DNA of 64,000 nt from an uncultured Rikenellaceae bacterium (lineage in GTDB: Bacteria > Bacteroidota > Bacteroidia > Bacteroidales > VadinHA17), in the NCBI GenBank assembly GCA_964638955.1, contig CAZWZQ010000004.1, positions 32,371 through 96,370 on the forward strand. Reading direction: 5' to 3'. Each line of letters begins with the position of its first letter. The stretch's first letter is position 1. Made by a program: the position numbers and the translations under genes. This document shows, piece by piece, positions 45,275-55,290 of this stretch. The notes under the pieces were generated by a model. The model made no database searches. It saw only the letters and a program-made list of their open reading frames with translations, and was not told the origin of the DNA.

Positions 45275-47476
45275 TCACTCATCAATGCCGGACTGGTCAA
45301 TCATTTTGACCTTTTCCTCCAGTGTCTTGATCATTTTCTTTGCATGATCGATTTTTTCTTCCACCTCACGTATCATAGTATCAGCATTAGGGGATTTAGC
45401 GAAGAAACCTATATTATTCTCCCACAGAACAATATCACCTTCAAGCTGCTTTATCTTTGTAACAAATTTCTCCCTTTCATTTCTCAACTTTCTTAAAGCC
45501 TTGGGATTAGCACGAAGATTTTCAAGCTTATTCTTATATTTCAGAATGCTCTTATCCTCATCACCAATTTTCAGCTTATCAAATTCTTTGTTCAGGGCAT
45601 TTCTGTAACGGTTCGTGATTTCATCTTTCATGTTGAAAGGCACAAATCCTATATCAGTCCATTTTTTCTGTATCTCTTTGAGGCGTTCGAATGCTGTCTG
45701 AACATCAGTTCCCGGCTCAAATTTTTCAAGTTCTTCAAGCAGTGCAATTTTTTCTTTCAGATTATCTTCATAAGAAGTATCAAGTTCGGCAAAGTATTCA
45801 GCTTTTTTGTTGAAGAAATGGTCGCATGCTTTCCGGAAGCGTTTCCAGCATTTTTCTGATTGTTTTCGAGGTACAGGACCTATTGCTTTCCATTCTTTTT
45901 GTAATCTTATAAGAGCATCCGATGTAGTTTTCCAGTCTGTATTATCCTGGAGTGCTTCGGCCTGAATACACAATTCAATCTTCATCTGGAGGTTGTTTTG
46001 CTGCTGCTCCTTATTATTGGCATAAAATCCTCTCTTCTTTTCAAAAAAAGTATCGCAGGCATCGCGAAATCTTTGATATACCTTATTGTTCTGTTTTTTA
46101 GGAGCAAATCCTATTGTCCTCCACATTTTCTGCAAAGCGATAATTTTTTCTGCTTTTTCATCAAATTCCCTGAAATTGTGTATTTCAAGAGCATTAATGG
46201 CTTCTACCTCTTCGCAAATTGCAATCTTGGCTTCCAGGTTCTTGCGTTGTTCTTCTTTCTGCTTTTCAAAATACTCGTGATGCCGTTTATTTATCTGTGA
46301 TGTGGCTTCCTTAAATCTCTCCCATATCTCATTTTTTGATTCCAGGGGCACCGGGCCTATTTCACGCCATTGGTTATGATACTCCTGCAGCAATTTGAAG
46401 GCATTCACCGGGTTTGGCTCAAGGAAAAGCTCCTCAGCTTTTTCGCATAACAGAATCTTTGCCTCAAGGTTCTTTCTAAGATCAAGGTCTCGCAGTTCCT
46501 TGTTGATCTTTATATAATCGTAGAATATTTCGACATTATGGTGGTAGTTTTCCCAAAGGTCTTTCAGGGCACTTTGTGGAACAATACCAATTGAATGCCA
46601 CTCATTCTGCAGTGATCTGAATTCCTGAAATGTCTTATTGATTGATTCCTCGCGATTGACAAGTTCCTTTATCCTGTCAATTATGTCATATTTTTTCTTT
46701 AGGTTTTCAAATTTTTCTGCTTCCTGTACCCGGTTGAAATCAGATTTTCTTTCCTTGTATTTTTCAAGGAGGTGTTTTACTTTTGCTTCCTGCGGATCGA
46801 CCCATGCACGATACTCCTCGATTTTGCCTCCCTCATCAAGAAATTTCTTTTTTCTCTCTTCACCTTCAATCTTAAGCTTTTTATAAAAAAGAGCCTTTAT
46901 ACGGTCTATATCACCTCTTATCTCAGCAGGCGGCCTGTTTTCAATGAGAAGCGCCAATGTTTCTACCAGCTCATTTTTCGGGAACCCCGAATAATCAACC
47001 GGTGGAAGAGCCGTATCATCAGCATCTGCTGCTTCCTCTTCCTTTACCTCTTCTTCTTTCGACTCTGCCTCATGAACTGTTTTTACTCTGCTTTTTGCTT
47101 TTTTAATGACACCTTCTGCATCTTTTTCTTTTTCGTCTCCCTTATCAGCGTTCTTTTCTGCCTCTATTCCCTTCTTTTCTTCTTCTGCAACTTCGGGTTC
47201 CGTCCCTTCTTCCTTTTCTTCTTCTTTTTCTTTGACTTCTCCTTTTTCTTCTTCTACTTCTTCTTCTTCTTCTTCTTTTCCTCCTTCGGTCACTGAATCA
47301 TGTTCCTGTTCTTCTTTAGTTTCTGCATCTGGTTTTGTTTTTTCTTTTTCACCTTCGGTGTCATTTTCATTTGCTTTTTCAGCTTGTGTGGTTTCCTCAG
47401 TTCCGGCAGCATTCTCATCTGCCCCGGATTGTTCTTCATGAACAGAGTCATCCGGATTTTTCTTGATCATAGTCAA
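45275..47476 (-). CDS. DUF349 repeat protein with an acidic Glu/Lys-rich N-terminus
   Basis: 733 aa with repeated ..W(K/R)xIGPVP.. DUF349 units and an E/K low-complexity N-terminal region of about 150 aa. Confidence 0.8.
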   Translation of the reverse strand: MTMIKKNPDDSVHEEQSGADENAAGTEETTQAEKANENDTEGEKEKTKPDAETKEEQEHDSVTEGGKEEEEEEVEEEKGEVKEKEEEKEEGTEPEVAEEEKKGIEAEKNADKGDEKEKDAEGVIKKAKSRVKTVHEAESKEEEVKEEEAADADDTALPPVDYSGFPKNELVETLALLIENRPPAEIRGDIDRIKALFYKKLKIEGEERKKKFLDEGGKIEEYRAWVDPQEAKVKHLLEKYKERKSDFNRVQEAEKFENLKKKYDIIDRIKELVNREESINKTFQEFRSLQNEWHSIGIVPQSALKDLWENYHHNVEIFYDYIKINKELRDLDLRKNLEAKILLCEKAEELFLEPNPVNAFKLLQEYHNQWREIGPVPLESKNEIWERFKEATSQINKRHHEYFEKQKEEQRKNLEAKIAICEEVEAINALEIHNFREFDEKAEKIIALQKMWRTIGFAPKKQNNKVYQRFRDACDTFFEKKRGFYANNKEQQQNNLQMKIELCIQAEALQDNTDWKTTSDALIRLQKEWKAIGPVPRKQSEKCWKRFRKACDHFFNKKAEYFAELDTSYEDNLKEKIALLEELEKFEPGTDVQTAFERLKEIQKKWTDIGFVPFNMKDEITNRYRNALNKEFDKLKIGDEDKSILKYKNKLENLRANPKALRKLRNEREKFVTKIKQLEGDIVLWENNIGFFAKSPNADTMIREVEEKIDHAKKMIKTLEEKVKMIDQSGIDE

Positions 47477-47715
47477 TCCTTTCTTGTCTCAGCCTAAGTC
47501 ATGGCATTCCATGAATTTTTCAGAGTACGAAAATATTGAAATAAAAATTAAACACAAAGATTTAGCTAAATTAATAATGATTTGATGAATCAGTGAATAT
47601 TGTTGAAAAGGCCGGAAAACAGGGGTAAAATCAATAATCAAATGATTATTTAACTTTAGTGTAACATATTCGTAATATATTTGAATATATTTTATGAAAT
47701 CAACATTAATATTCT

Positions 47716-47907
47716 ATGAGTTCAACGGAAATAATATTAATAATCGTTGCCTTTATCGCGCTCGGATTCAGCCTGTACAGGAGGTTCAAAGGAAAAGGGC
47801 AGGGACCGGGTGGTCCGCAGTCGGGTCAGAGGTCAGGATCATCATTCTCATCACATTCAGAAGATGGTGATTATGAACCATATTCTAAAAGTAACAGGCA
47901 GAATTGA
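47716..47907 (+). CDS. small single-TM protein with a Gly/Ser/Gln-rich tail (hypothetical)
   Basis: 63 aa: MSSTEIILIIVAFIALGFSLYRRFKGKGQGPGG... The TM helix is clean. The ORF ends exactly where the convergent HlyD gene ends. Confidence 0.4.
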   Translation: MSSTEIILIIVAFIALGFSLYRRFKGKGQGPGGPQSGQRSGSSFSSHSEDGDYEPYSKSNRQN

Positions 47908-49200
47908 TCATCTGCTTTTGTTTCTGGATATAAGATACCTGAACGGATTAATAATCTTTTGAATTAATCTTAAATCTTCAGTAACTATTTCCGCCGTTCC
48001 CTGCATATTCTGGGAAAAATCGAGTTCCCGTCCATACAGGGTTGTTAGTCCTTTTGGAAGGAATACTTCTATTATATAGGCATCACCGGAAGGTACAAGA
48101 GATTTCGAACTAACTACACCCCTGATCATACCATATTCCAGATAAGGGAACCCACTCAGCTTTATATTTACAATCTGGTCAATCTTCACTTTCCCGGATC
48201 GTTGCATTTTCAGGTTTATTCTGCCAACGAAATCACCAGTCTCTTCCGGTACAATAGATAATACAGGCTGATCGACAGTAACAGACTGATTTTCACTCCA
48301 GTACTTAGTAAAAGCCACTTTGCCCTCAAAAGGAGAAATAAGAAGGTAATTGTTTTGCCATATCTTCATTTGTGCTTTAAGGTTCAGTAATGCTTCCTCC
48401 AGTGCGGAAATTAGTTTCTCCTTATCGGTCTGTCTGTTTATCCTGTAATCCTGAAGCATCTGCCTTTTTTCAGCAAGTTCAATTACCTTGGCTGAATGAT
48501 CAAGCCTGACTTCCTGTAGTTCCAGGCTGGTTCTGATAAATGATTGTCTCGAATTTTCTATATCGCTCTCAGAATAAACCTTGCCGGAATACAGTATTGA
48601 ATCTCTTTCATATTTCCTTTTTTCTATCTCCAGATTCTGGGCGACAAGATCCTCCTTGATCTTTATCCTTTCAATATATTCCTGTATTCCTTCTATTTCC
48701 CCGGTTATTGATTGTATTTTATTTCCATACAAATCATTGGTTATATATGTATTATAATCCGAAAGCACCTTCATGAAGGATGCATAATATGCCTGGAGCT
48801 CACCAAGCTCATAAAGATCAGGAAATGATTCAGTTACTAACGCATCAGGTTTTTTGATTGTATCAATGATTGTCCTGAGCAGATCTATTTCACTTATTGA
48901 TGCCGCAGTCTCCATCACTGCAAGGAGTCTTCCCGGCAAAACCTTTTCTCCGTCACTTACATATAATTTATTTATCCGGCCTGTTATTTTACTAACCAGT
49001 GTTACCGGCGGATTTACAGTGGTAATCTCAATAGGTGCAGGTACTACATCGGGGTATTTTATCAACCATGATAATAATATTAATACAGCGAATACAAGGA
49101 ATATCACAGTTGTCCCCCATCTTATTATCCTCCTGGGCGGATTTGAGATTATTTCCTTAACAGCATCAGAATATAGTATCTCAGGTTTGTTATTTTTCAT
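47908..49200 (-). CDS. HlyD-family secretion adaptor (bacteriocin/peptide exporter accessory)
   Basis: 430 aa with an N-terminal TM helix, coiled-coil and barrel regions. It lies 9 nt downstream of the C39-ABC gene. Confidence 0.85.
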   Translation of the reverse strand: MKNNKPEILYSDAVKEIISNPPRRIIRWGTTVIFLVFAVLILLSWLIKYPDVVPAPIEITTVNPPVTLVSKITGRINKLYVSDGEKVLPGRLLAVMETAASISEIDLLRTIIDTIKKPDALVTESFPDLYELGELQAYYASFMKVLSDYNTYITNDLYGNKIQSITGEIEGIQEYIERIKIKEDLVAQNLEIEKRKYERDSILYSGKVYSESDIENSRQSFIRTSLELQEVRLDHSAKVIELAEKRQMLQDYRINRQTDKEKLISALEEALLNLKAQMKIWQNNYLLISPFEGKVAFTKYWSENQSVTVDQPVLSIVPEETGDFVGRINLKMQRSGKVKIDQIVNIKLSGFPYLEYGMIRGVVSSKSLVPSGDAYIIEVFLPKGLTTLYGRELDFSQNMQGTAEIVTEDLRLIQKIINPFRYLISRNKSR

Positions 49201-49209
49201 CTTCCCTGT

Positions 49210-51396
49210 TTACTTTCCGAGTTCAAGCTGGTTTTTCACCAGGTTAAAATAGGCTCCTTTATTTTGAATAAGGGATTCATGAGTTCCGGTTTCGACTATT
49301 CTTCCGTTATCCATAACAATAATTTTATCAGCATCCCGAACCGTACTTAGCCTGTGAGCAACTATTATCACCGTTTTGCCTTTAAAGAAATCCGCAAGAT
49401 TCTCAACGATTGCCTTTTCATTATTTGCATCGAGTGAATTGGTGGCTTCATCAAAAATAATTATCTCAGGATCCTTATAGACAACCCGTGCTATCAGAAG
49501 TCTTTGCATTTGTCCCTCACTCAATCCATGTCCATTCGCGCCAATTTTTGTATTATAACCGAGAGGCAGCGACTCTATGAATCCCTTAATATTTGCTATC
49601 TCAGCGGCTTTCACCATTTTATCCTCATCAATTTCAGCTATCCCGGGGGCAATATTTGATGCTATCGATTCAGGAAAAAGAAATCCATCCTGCATTACCG
49701 CTCCCGTCTTTTCGCGCCATATTCTAAGGCTGAGATTTGGGAGGCGAGTATCACCAATAAGTATCTCTCCTGCTACCGGTTTATAAAACCCAAGCAACAG
49801 CTTCAGCAGTGTTGTCTTACCGCTACCGCTGGTCCCTACAATTGCCGTTGTTTTATTTTCCTCAATATAAAGGTCAACATCTTTAAGTGCATACGGTGAA
49901 TTAGGTCCCTCATACTGAAATGACACATTATTTATAAAAAGATCCTTTTTTTCGGGAAGCTTTCTCACCTTCATCCCGGGTTCATGCTCCTCATTTTCCA
50001 TTTCATGCACTTCGGCCAGTCTGTTAAGGCTCATCTTTGCGTCCTGCGACATCCGGAAAAAACTAATGATCTGGTTCACAGGTACATTCAACTGGCCTAT
50101 TATGAACTGGACTGCGAGCATCATACCAAGGGTCATTGCTCCTTTCAGAACGGCTGTTGCAGCAACAACAGTTATCAGCAGGTTTGTGACCTCATTGATG
50201 AATGTTGCTCCTGCTGACTGATACTGAATGATACCAAGTCCTTTTACCTTTAGTCCGAACAGAGTTGCCTGCAGCCTTTCCCAGTCCCATCTTTTACTTG
50301 TCTCGCTCTGTGTCAGTTTTATCTCCTGTATCCCGTTCACAATGTTTATAAGTTTGCTGCCTGCAATTGACATCTGCTTAAAACGCTGATGATCGAGTTT
50401 TGCTCTCGGCTGCATGAACAACGATATCCATAAAATATACATTATTGTTCCTGCCAGGAACAGAGTAAGTATCTTGATGCTGAAAATTGCCAGTACTATT
50501 CCGAATATTACCAGGTTAAAGAATGAGAATAATATAGAAAGGCTTGCTGATGTCAGGAATTCTTCGATCCTGTTGTTATCTTCTATCCTCTGGAGAATGT
50601 CCCCTGTTAGTTTCGTATCAAAAAATGATATCGGCAATGACATCAGTTTCTGGAGGAAACCGGAAATTATAGCCACGTTGACCCGGGTTCCGATATGTAA
50701 AAGAAGCCATCCCCTGATAAATTCCACCGACATTCGTCCTATTACCAGAGCAAGCTGGGCAAAAAGAATCAGGTAAATAAAGCCTATATCGTTATTATTC
50801 AGACCAATATCAACTATCGACTGTGTCAGGAAAGGGATAATGAGCTGTATACAGCTTCCAATCAGCAGACCAAGGATAAGCTGATAAAAATACTTATCAT
50901 AAAGCCTGAAGTATTTAAAAAGAAATCTGAATCCACGTGATTTTTCATGTTCGCTTTCCTTTTCAAAAAATGCAGGTGTAGGCTCAATTATCAAAACAAG
51001 TCCTGCCGGTTTACCATCGGCCATTGTGGATGCCCAGTTCCTTGTAAATTCCTCCCTGTCATATTTTACCGGTCCTACTGCAGGATCGGCTGCCCATATT
51101 TTGTCATTTTTAATTTTATATACTACTATAAAATGACGCTGTTTCCAGTGCACTATACATGGCAAAGGGACATTCCCGGTGAGCATTTCAAAGGGAATCT
51201 TAACTCCAATGGTCCGGAAGCCAAGAGAATCAGCAGCTTCAGAAAGACCTAAGAATGATACTCCTTCCCTGGTTATAAAACACCTCTTGCGGATAGATTC
51301 GAGAGAAAAGCTTTTCTTATAAAACGCTGCAACCATTTTCAGACATGCAGGTCCGCAATCCATGGCATCAGGCTGTTTTACAAAAGGAAAAGACAT
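49210..51396 (-). CDS. peptide-cleaving ABC exporter with an N-terminal C39 cysteine-peptidase domain
   Basis: 728 aa. The catalytic Cys is retained (..QPDAMDCGPACLKMV..) and there is a His-containing ..HFIVVYKI.. segment. It has 6 TM helices, Walker A ..GTSGSGKTT.., the signature ..LSEGQMQR.. and Walker B ..IIIFDEAT... Confidence 0.9.
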   Translation of the reverse strand: MSFPFVKQPDAMDCGPACLKMVAAFYKKSFSLESIRKRCFITREGVSFLGLSEAADSLGFRTIGVKIPFEMLTGNVPLPCIVHWKQRHFIVVYKIKNDKIWAADPAVGPVKYDREEFTRNWASTMADGKPAGLVLIIEPTPAFFEKESEHEKSRGFRFLFKYFRLYDKYFYQLILGLLIGSCIQLIIPFLTQSIVDIGLNNNDIGFIYLILFAQLALVIGRMSVEFIRGWLLLHIGTRVNVAIISGFLQKLMSLPISFFDTKLTGDILQRIEDNNRIEEFLTSASLSILFSFFNLVIFGIVLAIFSIKILTLFLAGTIMYILWISLFMQPRAKLDHQRFKQMSIAGSKLINIVNGIQEIKLTQSETSKRWDWERLQATLFGLKVKGLGIIQYQSAGATFINEVTNLLITVVAATAVLKGAMTLGMMLAVQFIIGQLNVPVNQIISFFRMSQDAKMSLNRLAEVHEMENEEHEPGMKVRKLPEKKDLFINNVSFQYEGPNSPYALKDVDLYIEENKTTAIVGTSGSGKTTLLKLLLGFYKPVAGEILIGDTRLPNLSLRIWREKTGAVMQDGFLFPESIASNIAPGIAEIDEDKMVKAAEIANIKGFIESLPLGYNTKIGANGHGLSEGQMQRLLIARVVYKDPEIIIFDEATNSLDANNEKAIVENLADFFKGKTVIIVAHRLSTVRDADKIIVMDNGRIVETGTHESLIQNKGAYFNLVKNQLELGK

Positions 51397-51497
51397 CTCT
51401 CTTTCGGAAATAGGTTGTTAGATCAGATAAAGATATTTATATTTTAAATAGGACATAGCGATACTCCTTATAAAATCAAATCCTGCTTCATCTTTCA

Positions 51498-51527
51498 ATA
51501 GTATTCGTGTGTGAAATACTATATTTG
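51498..51527 (+). promoter_or_regulatory. inverted repeat overlapping a perfect -7 box upstream of the sigma-factor gene
   Basis: ATAGTATT (51498-51505), a 9-nt spacer, then AATACTAT (51515-51522). TATATTTG (51520-51527) fits the Bacteroidota TAnnTTTG consensus and lies about 27 nt before the sigma start. Confidence 0.45.
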
Positions 51528-51553
51528 CCAGTTGATACTGTATCATTGCGGGC

Positions 51554-52120
51554 TTGTTTAAAAGAATTTCAGATAAGAACATAATTGAGGGTATTAAAAA
51601 TCAGGACGATAAAACCCTGGAATGGCTGTATGATAATTATTTTCAAACAGTTAAAAATCATGTCATTAGAAACAGCGGTACTGAAGAGGATGTTTCTGAT
51701 GTATTTCAGGATTCAATCATCGTATTGTACAGCCAGATCACTGAAAACAGTCTTAAACTAACTACAGACCTGAAGGGTTATTTTTTCGGAGTGGCACGAA
51801 ATGTCTGGAATGCCCAGTTGAGAAAAAAGAGAAAAATCAGAGAACTTGACATCGATATACCCGATGAAGCGGATGCTGATGAATCAAATGAACTGTTGTT
51901 TGAACGAATTATTTCGAAGGCTTTCCAGAAACTAAAACCCGACTGTCAGACAATACTTACTTTGTACTCTGAGGGAATATCTTATGATGAGATTTCAGTC
52001 AGAATGAATCTTAAAAATGAGATTTATGCACGCAGGAAGAAGTATCTCTGCAAGGAATTGCTTATGGAACTTGTAAAAAAGGATCCCGAATATCAGGAGT
52101 ATTTACGGTACCTTAGATGA
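51554..52120 (+). CDS. sigma-70 family (ECF-like) RNA polymerase sigma factor
   Basis: 188 aa with a region-2-like segment ..EEDVSDVFQDSIIVLY.. and a region-4 HTH ..ILTLYSEGISYDEISVRMNL... The track uses a TTG start. Confidence 0.75.
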   Translation: MFKRISDKNIIEGIKNQDDKTLEWLYDNYFQTVKNHVIRNSGTEEDVSDVFQDSIIVLYSQITENSLKLTTDLKGYFFGVARNVWNAQLRKKRKIRELDIDIPDEADADESNELLFERIISKAFQKLKPDCQTILTLYSEGISYDEISVRMNLKNEIYARRKKYLCKELLMELVKKDPEYQEYLRYLR

Positions 52121-55100
52121 TAAGCCATTATTATAACCAGGATAAGTACGAAACATCCTGCAGTTATCGTCAGAATTCGTGAAGAAAAAACCGGGGAAAC
52201 GTCGCCATATATAACCAGGGAAGACCAGAAGTAAGGATGGGATTTCAGCTGGCTTGCATTTTTCAGATATGCTTGCCTGGCTCTCTTCAATGATACACTT
52301 TTTGATTTTCCTTTCAGCAGGTTATCATAAAATAATTTGATTATTTCGGTTCCGGACCGGTCTTCTATCTCCCACATTGACATTACAACTGACTGACTGC
52401 CTGAATACAGGAATCCACGTGCAAGACTCAGGATTCCTTCACCTGACGATAATGAACCGGAACCGGTATTGCATGAGCTGAGTACCACCATTCGGGCTTT
52501 CAAGGGGATCCCATAAACCTCATAGGTATTCAGCAATCCATCTTCAGGCATATCACCGTTTTGCATGAATATCATTGCAGAGTTCATAGGATTTTTGTCA
52601 TTAAGGTATGTATGCATCGCCAGGTGAATAATATCATATTTCCCTGCTTCAGCCTTAAAAACAGATTCCCTGGCATTGTCGTTCAAAAACAATACTCCTT
52701 CAGAAACACGTGCCACATATTCTGCCTCCTGGCGTGCATACGGAAGGTCATCCAGGATTTTGCCTCCTGTCTGCCGTTTCATGAATAACGAATCAACATT
52801 CAGGGTACCGGGATACATAGGAGCAAATGCAACAAGATTTTTTGCTCTGCCATATATACCATTTCCAGCCTCCTGCATAAATGAAACAGAATAAGTATAT
52901 GAAACACTGAAATCATTCATCAGATAGGGCAATTTTCGATACATAATGTCTTCCCCGTCATAAGTCGAAGTTAAAAGTGTTTCATATGGAAGGTAAGAGA
53001 GCATATTATCGGGAGAGATTAGCAGATCGGGCGAAATGAAATATTTCCGGACAGGCTCAATCAGTGTTTTATAGAGATCATATCCGACTTCCTGATATGA
53101 ATTGAAGTTCTTTCTCGCATGTGCTGACAGATCAGGGTTTGAGAGATGCTTCCTGAAATCCATGATTCTGTTAATGAAAACAGAATCTATTTTAACTGTT
53201 GTAAGATGCTGATGTTTCCGGTTTACTACCAGGATATAAAGCACGGAATCTGAAACGATGTAGTTCAGATAATTGCCTTTATGCCCTATTATTGAGGGAA
53301 CATCCTCCATTGACGGTACTGCAGTATTGTATTTTAAGGTATAGTATTCCGGATAATCGCGTTCGTATGTTAAGATCAGCGAGTCCCTTTTTTTTATAAC
53401 TTCCAGCAGATTCGCATTCCATTCTGACAGCATCTCCTTTTGAGGTTTTTCTTTTTCATTCTCCGCAGATATCCTGGAGTTATAATATCCTATCTCTCTT
53501 TGAAGAGAATGTTCAAGCTCTGCAATTGCCTGTGGAATATGGAAGTTAACTGCATTTAGTTCGCGAGTAGCTGCAAGCAATCCCGCCACCTTACTCTTTT
53601 CTGCGTACTCAAAAGCTTTTTCAAGAAATCTTTGTTCTCCGGTACTTCTGAAACATAGTTCAAAGTCACGTATTGAATTAAGATATGATCTCCTGTAATT
53701 GTCTCCCAGGATAATCCTGCTCTCCTCTTCGCTTATGTTTATCCTTATTCTTTCGATCAGGTTTATCACTAATTCAGAAGTAGATGCAGCTGATACAAGG
53801 ACTTCATATTCTTCAGATACTTCATACAAGTTCCATAATATATCATATTTAGTCTTAAATATCCGTAATGTGCGATTGTCTGCTTTAAGCATGTCGGGAT
53901 CAGGATTTTCATAAAGATCAGGTGTTACCCCCGGAGCTACATCAGAAAACAGAAGCTCCTGAATCTTTTTCAGTGCCTTTTGGGATTCTCCGGTTTCTGA
54001 CAACGCCATTGCATATCCGGTGATCACCGGTTCTCTTAAAGTAACCTCATCATTGTGACGGTCGAGGTAATCAAGACAAAGCAAATAGTAATTTAATGAA
54101 TTCTGATAATCATGGATATAGATCCTCAGATATTCAGCATAATTCTTGAGCACTTCAGCATAAAATCTTGAATCAGTACCAAATACGGCTTTTGCTTTCA
54201 CAAGCAGAGCCGAGAGTAATTCTACACCACTGGATATCTTTCCGGCATTACCCAGCTCAATTGCATAGCTGTTGATCATATTATATGCCAGATATGAGTC
54301 ATTGGCTTCTGCCATCTCAATTCCCCTTTCAAAATATTCTGCTTCCTTTTCTGTTAATACCAGCTTGCCGTATGTTATCGCCATGTTGTTGATCAGATTG
54401 ATATAGTTCTGATTATTAGATACAACACCTTTATTAAGGATCGACTCGGCTTCTTCAAAATAAATTCTTGCCTTTGCATAATCATATAGGCGTGCATAGC
54501 CAGCTCCTATGTTAATATAAAGATTGCTAAGTTCATCATCAGTAAAGATGTTCTTATTAGAATTCAGGATTTCAAGTGTCAGGAATGTATATTTTCGGAA
54601 ATTCTCGTAATCCTTATTTTCAAGAGAAGCTCCGATAACGGTTGAATACGCAGTTGCAATCTCAGGGCTATAAGAACCGTATAACTTTGTACCGATATCG
54701 ATATACTGAAGCATATAATCGATTACTCTGTCGAATTCACCCAGGTAGTTATAAGCCACTCCAAGATTGTAGATTCCTTTAGCATAATGATCGTCAATGA
54801 CACCCTGCTTTTTTTTGAAATCTATAGAAAGATGCAGCCAGGGAAGAGCCTCTTTATGTCTTTCAGCAAGCAATTTGCAGACCCCTGTATAATAATATAT
54901 ATCAGCAAGTTCGGAGCTGTCAGAAATGCTTACTGCCAGATTCTTTATGAGTGTATCTGAAAGCGATAATAATCCGGCTGTATCTCCGGCAGAATAGAGT
55001 GTAATAATGGTTGACCCTATCCTTTCAAGTATAACAGGTTGCTTCTGTTGAACAGCTTTTACAGAAGATATGCATGTTATTCCTGAGATAAGGAGTACCG

Positions 55101-55167
55101 GCACAAAAAAACGCAATCTTTTTTTTCTTCTGTTCATAGGTATGTTTACAACCTTTATTTTTATCAA
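52093..55167 (-). CDS. TPR-CHAT protein (caspase-fold protease) with an N-terminal signal sequence and a C-terminal TM anchor
   Basis: 1024 aa. The N-terminus ..RRKKRLRFFVPVLLISGITCISSVKA.. is followed by about 600 aa of TPR-like repeats. The C-terminal CHAT domain has the His/Cys dyad motifs ..YDIIHLAMHT.. and ..MVVLSSCNTGSG... The terminal hydrophobic helix is ..ILTITAGCFVLILVIIMAYHL... Confidence 0.8.
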   Translation of the reverse strand: MIKIKVVNIPMNRRKKRLRFFVPVLLISGITCISSVKAVQQKQPVILERIGSTIITLYSAGDTAGLLSLSDTLIKNLAVSISDSSELADIYYYTGVCKLLAERHKEALPWLHLSIDFKKKQGVIDDHYAKGIYNLGVAYNYLGEFDRVIDYMLQYIDIGTKLYGSYSPEIATAYSTVIGASLENKDYENFRKYTFLTLEILNSNKNIFTDDELSNLYINIGAGYARLYDYAKARIYFEEAESILNKGVVSNNQNYINLINNMAITYGKLVLTEKEAEYFERGIEMAEANDSYLAYNMINSYAIELGNAGKISSGVELLSALLVKAKAVFGTDSRFYAEVLKNYAEYLRIYIHDYQNSLNYYLLCLDYLDRHNDEVTLREPVITGYAMALSETGESQKALKKIQELLFSDVAPGVTPDLYENPDPDMLKADNRTLRIFKTKYDILWNLYEVSEEYEVLVSAASTSELVINLIERIRINISEEESRIILGDNYRRSYLNSIRDFELCFRSTGEQRFLEKAFEYAEKSKVAGLLAATRELNAVNFHIPQAIAELEHSLQREIGYYNSRISAENEKEKPQKEMLSEWNANLLEVIKKRDSLILTYERDYPEYYTLKYNTAVPSMEDVPSIIGHKGNYLNYIVSDSVLYILVVNRKHQHLTTVKIDSVFINRIMDFRKHLSNPDLSAHARKNFNSYQEVGYDLYKTLIEPVRKYFISPDLLISPDNMLSYLPYETLLTSTYDGEDIMYRKLPYLMNDFSVSYTYSVSFMQEAGNGIYGRAKNLVAFAPMYPGTLNVDSLFMKRQTGGKILDDLPYARQEAEYVARVSEGVLFLNDNARESVFKAEAGKYDIIHLAMHTYLNDKNPMNSAMIFMQNGDMPEDGLLNTYEVYGIPLKARMVVLSSCNTGSGSLSSGEGILSLARGFLYSGSQSVVMSMWEIEDRSGTEIIKLFYDNLLKGKSKSVSLKRARQAYLKNASQLKSHPYFWSSLVIYGDVSPVFSSRILTITAGCFVLILVIIMAYHLRYRKYS

Positions 55168-55290
55168 GAATAAAACTAATGTTTTTTATTCAGGTTTTTT
55201 ATTTCCTAATTAGCTGATTACCTGTGTTTGTTATAAAAAATGCTTTTTTTCTGTTATTTTTATGTCACAAATCAGGGATATATGACATGT

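Noticed and set aside
46772-47497. Plus-strand ORFs rich in Phe/Ser (..FFFFFFDFSFFFFYFFFFFFF..)
   Set aside because: They are antisense to the Glu/Lys-rich N-terminus of the DUF349 protein, so they are low-complexity mirror artefacts.
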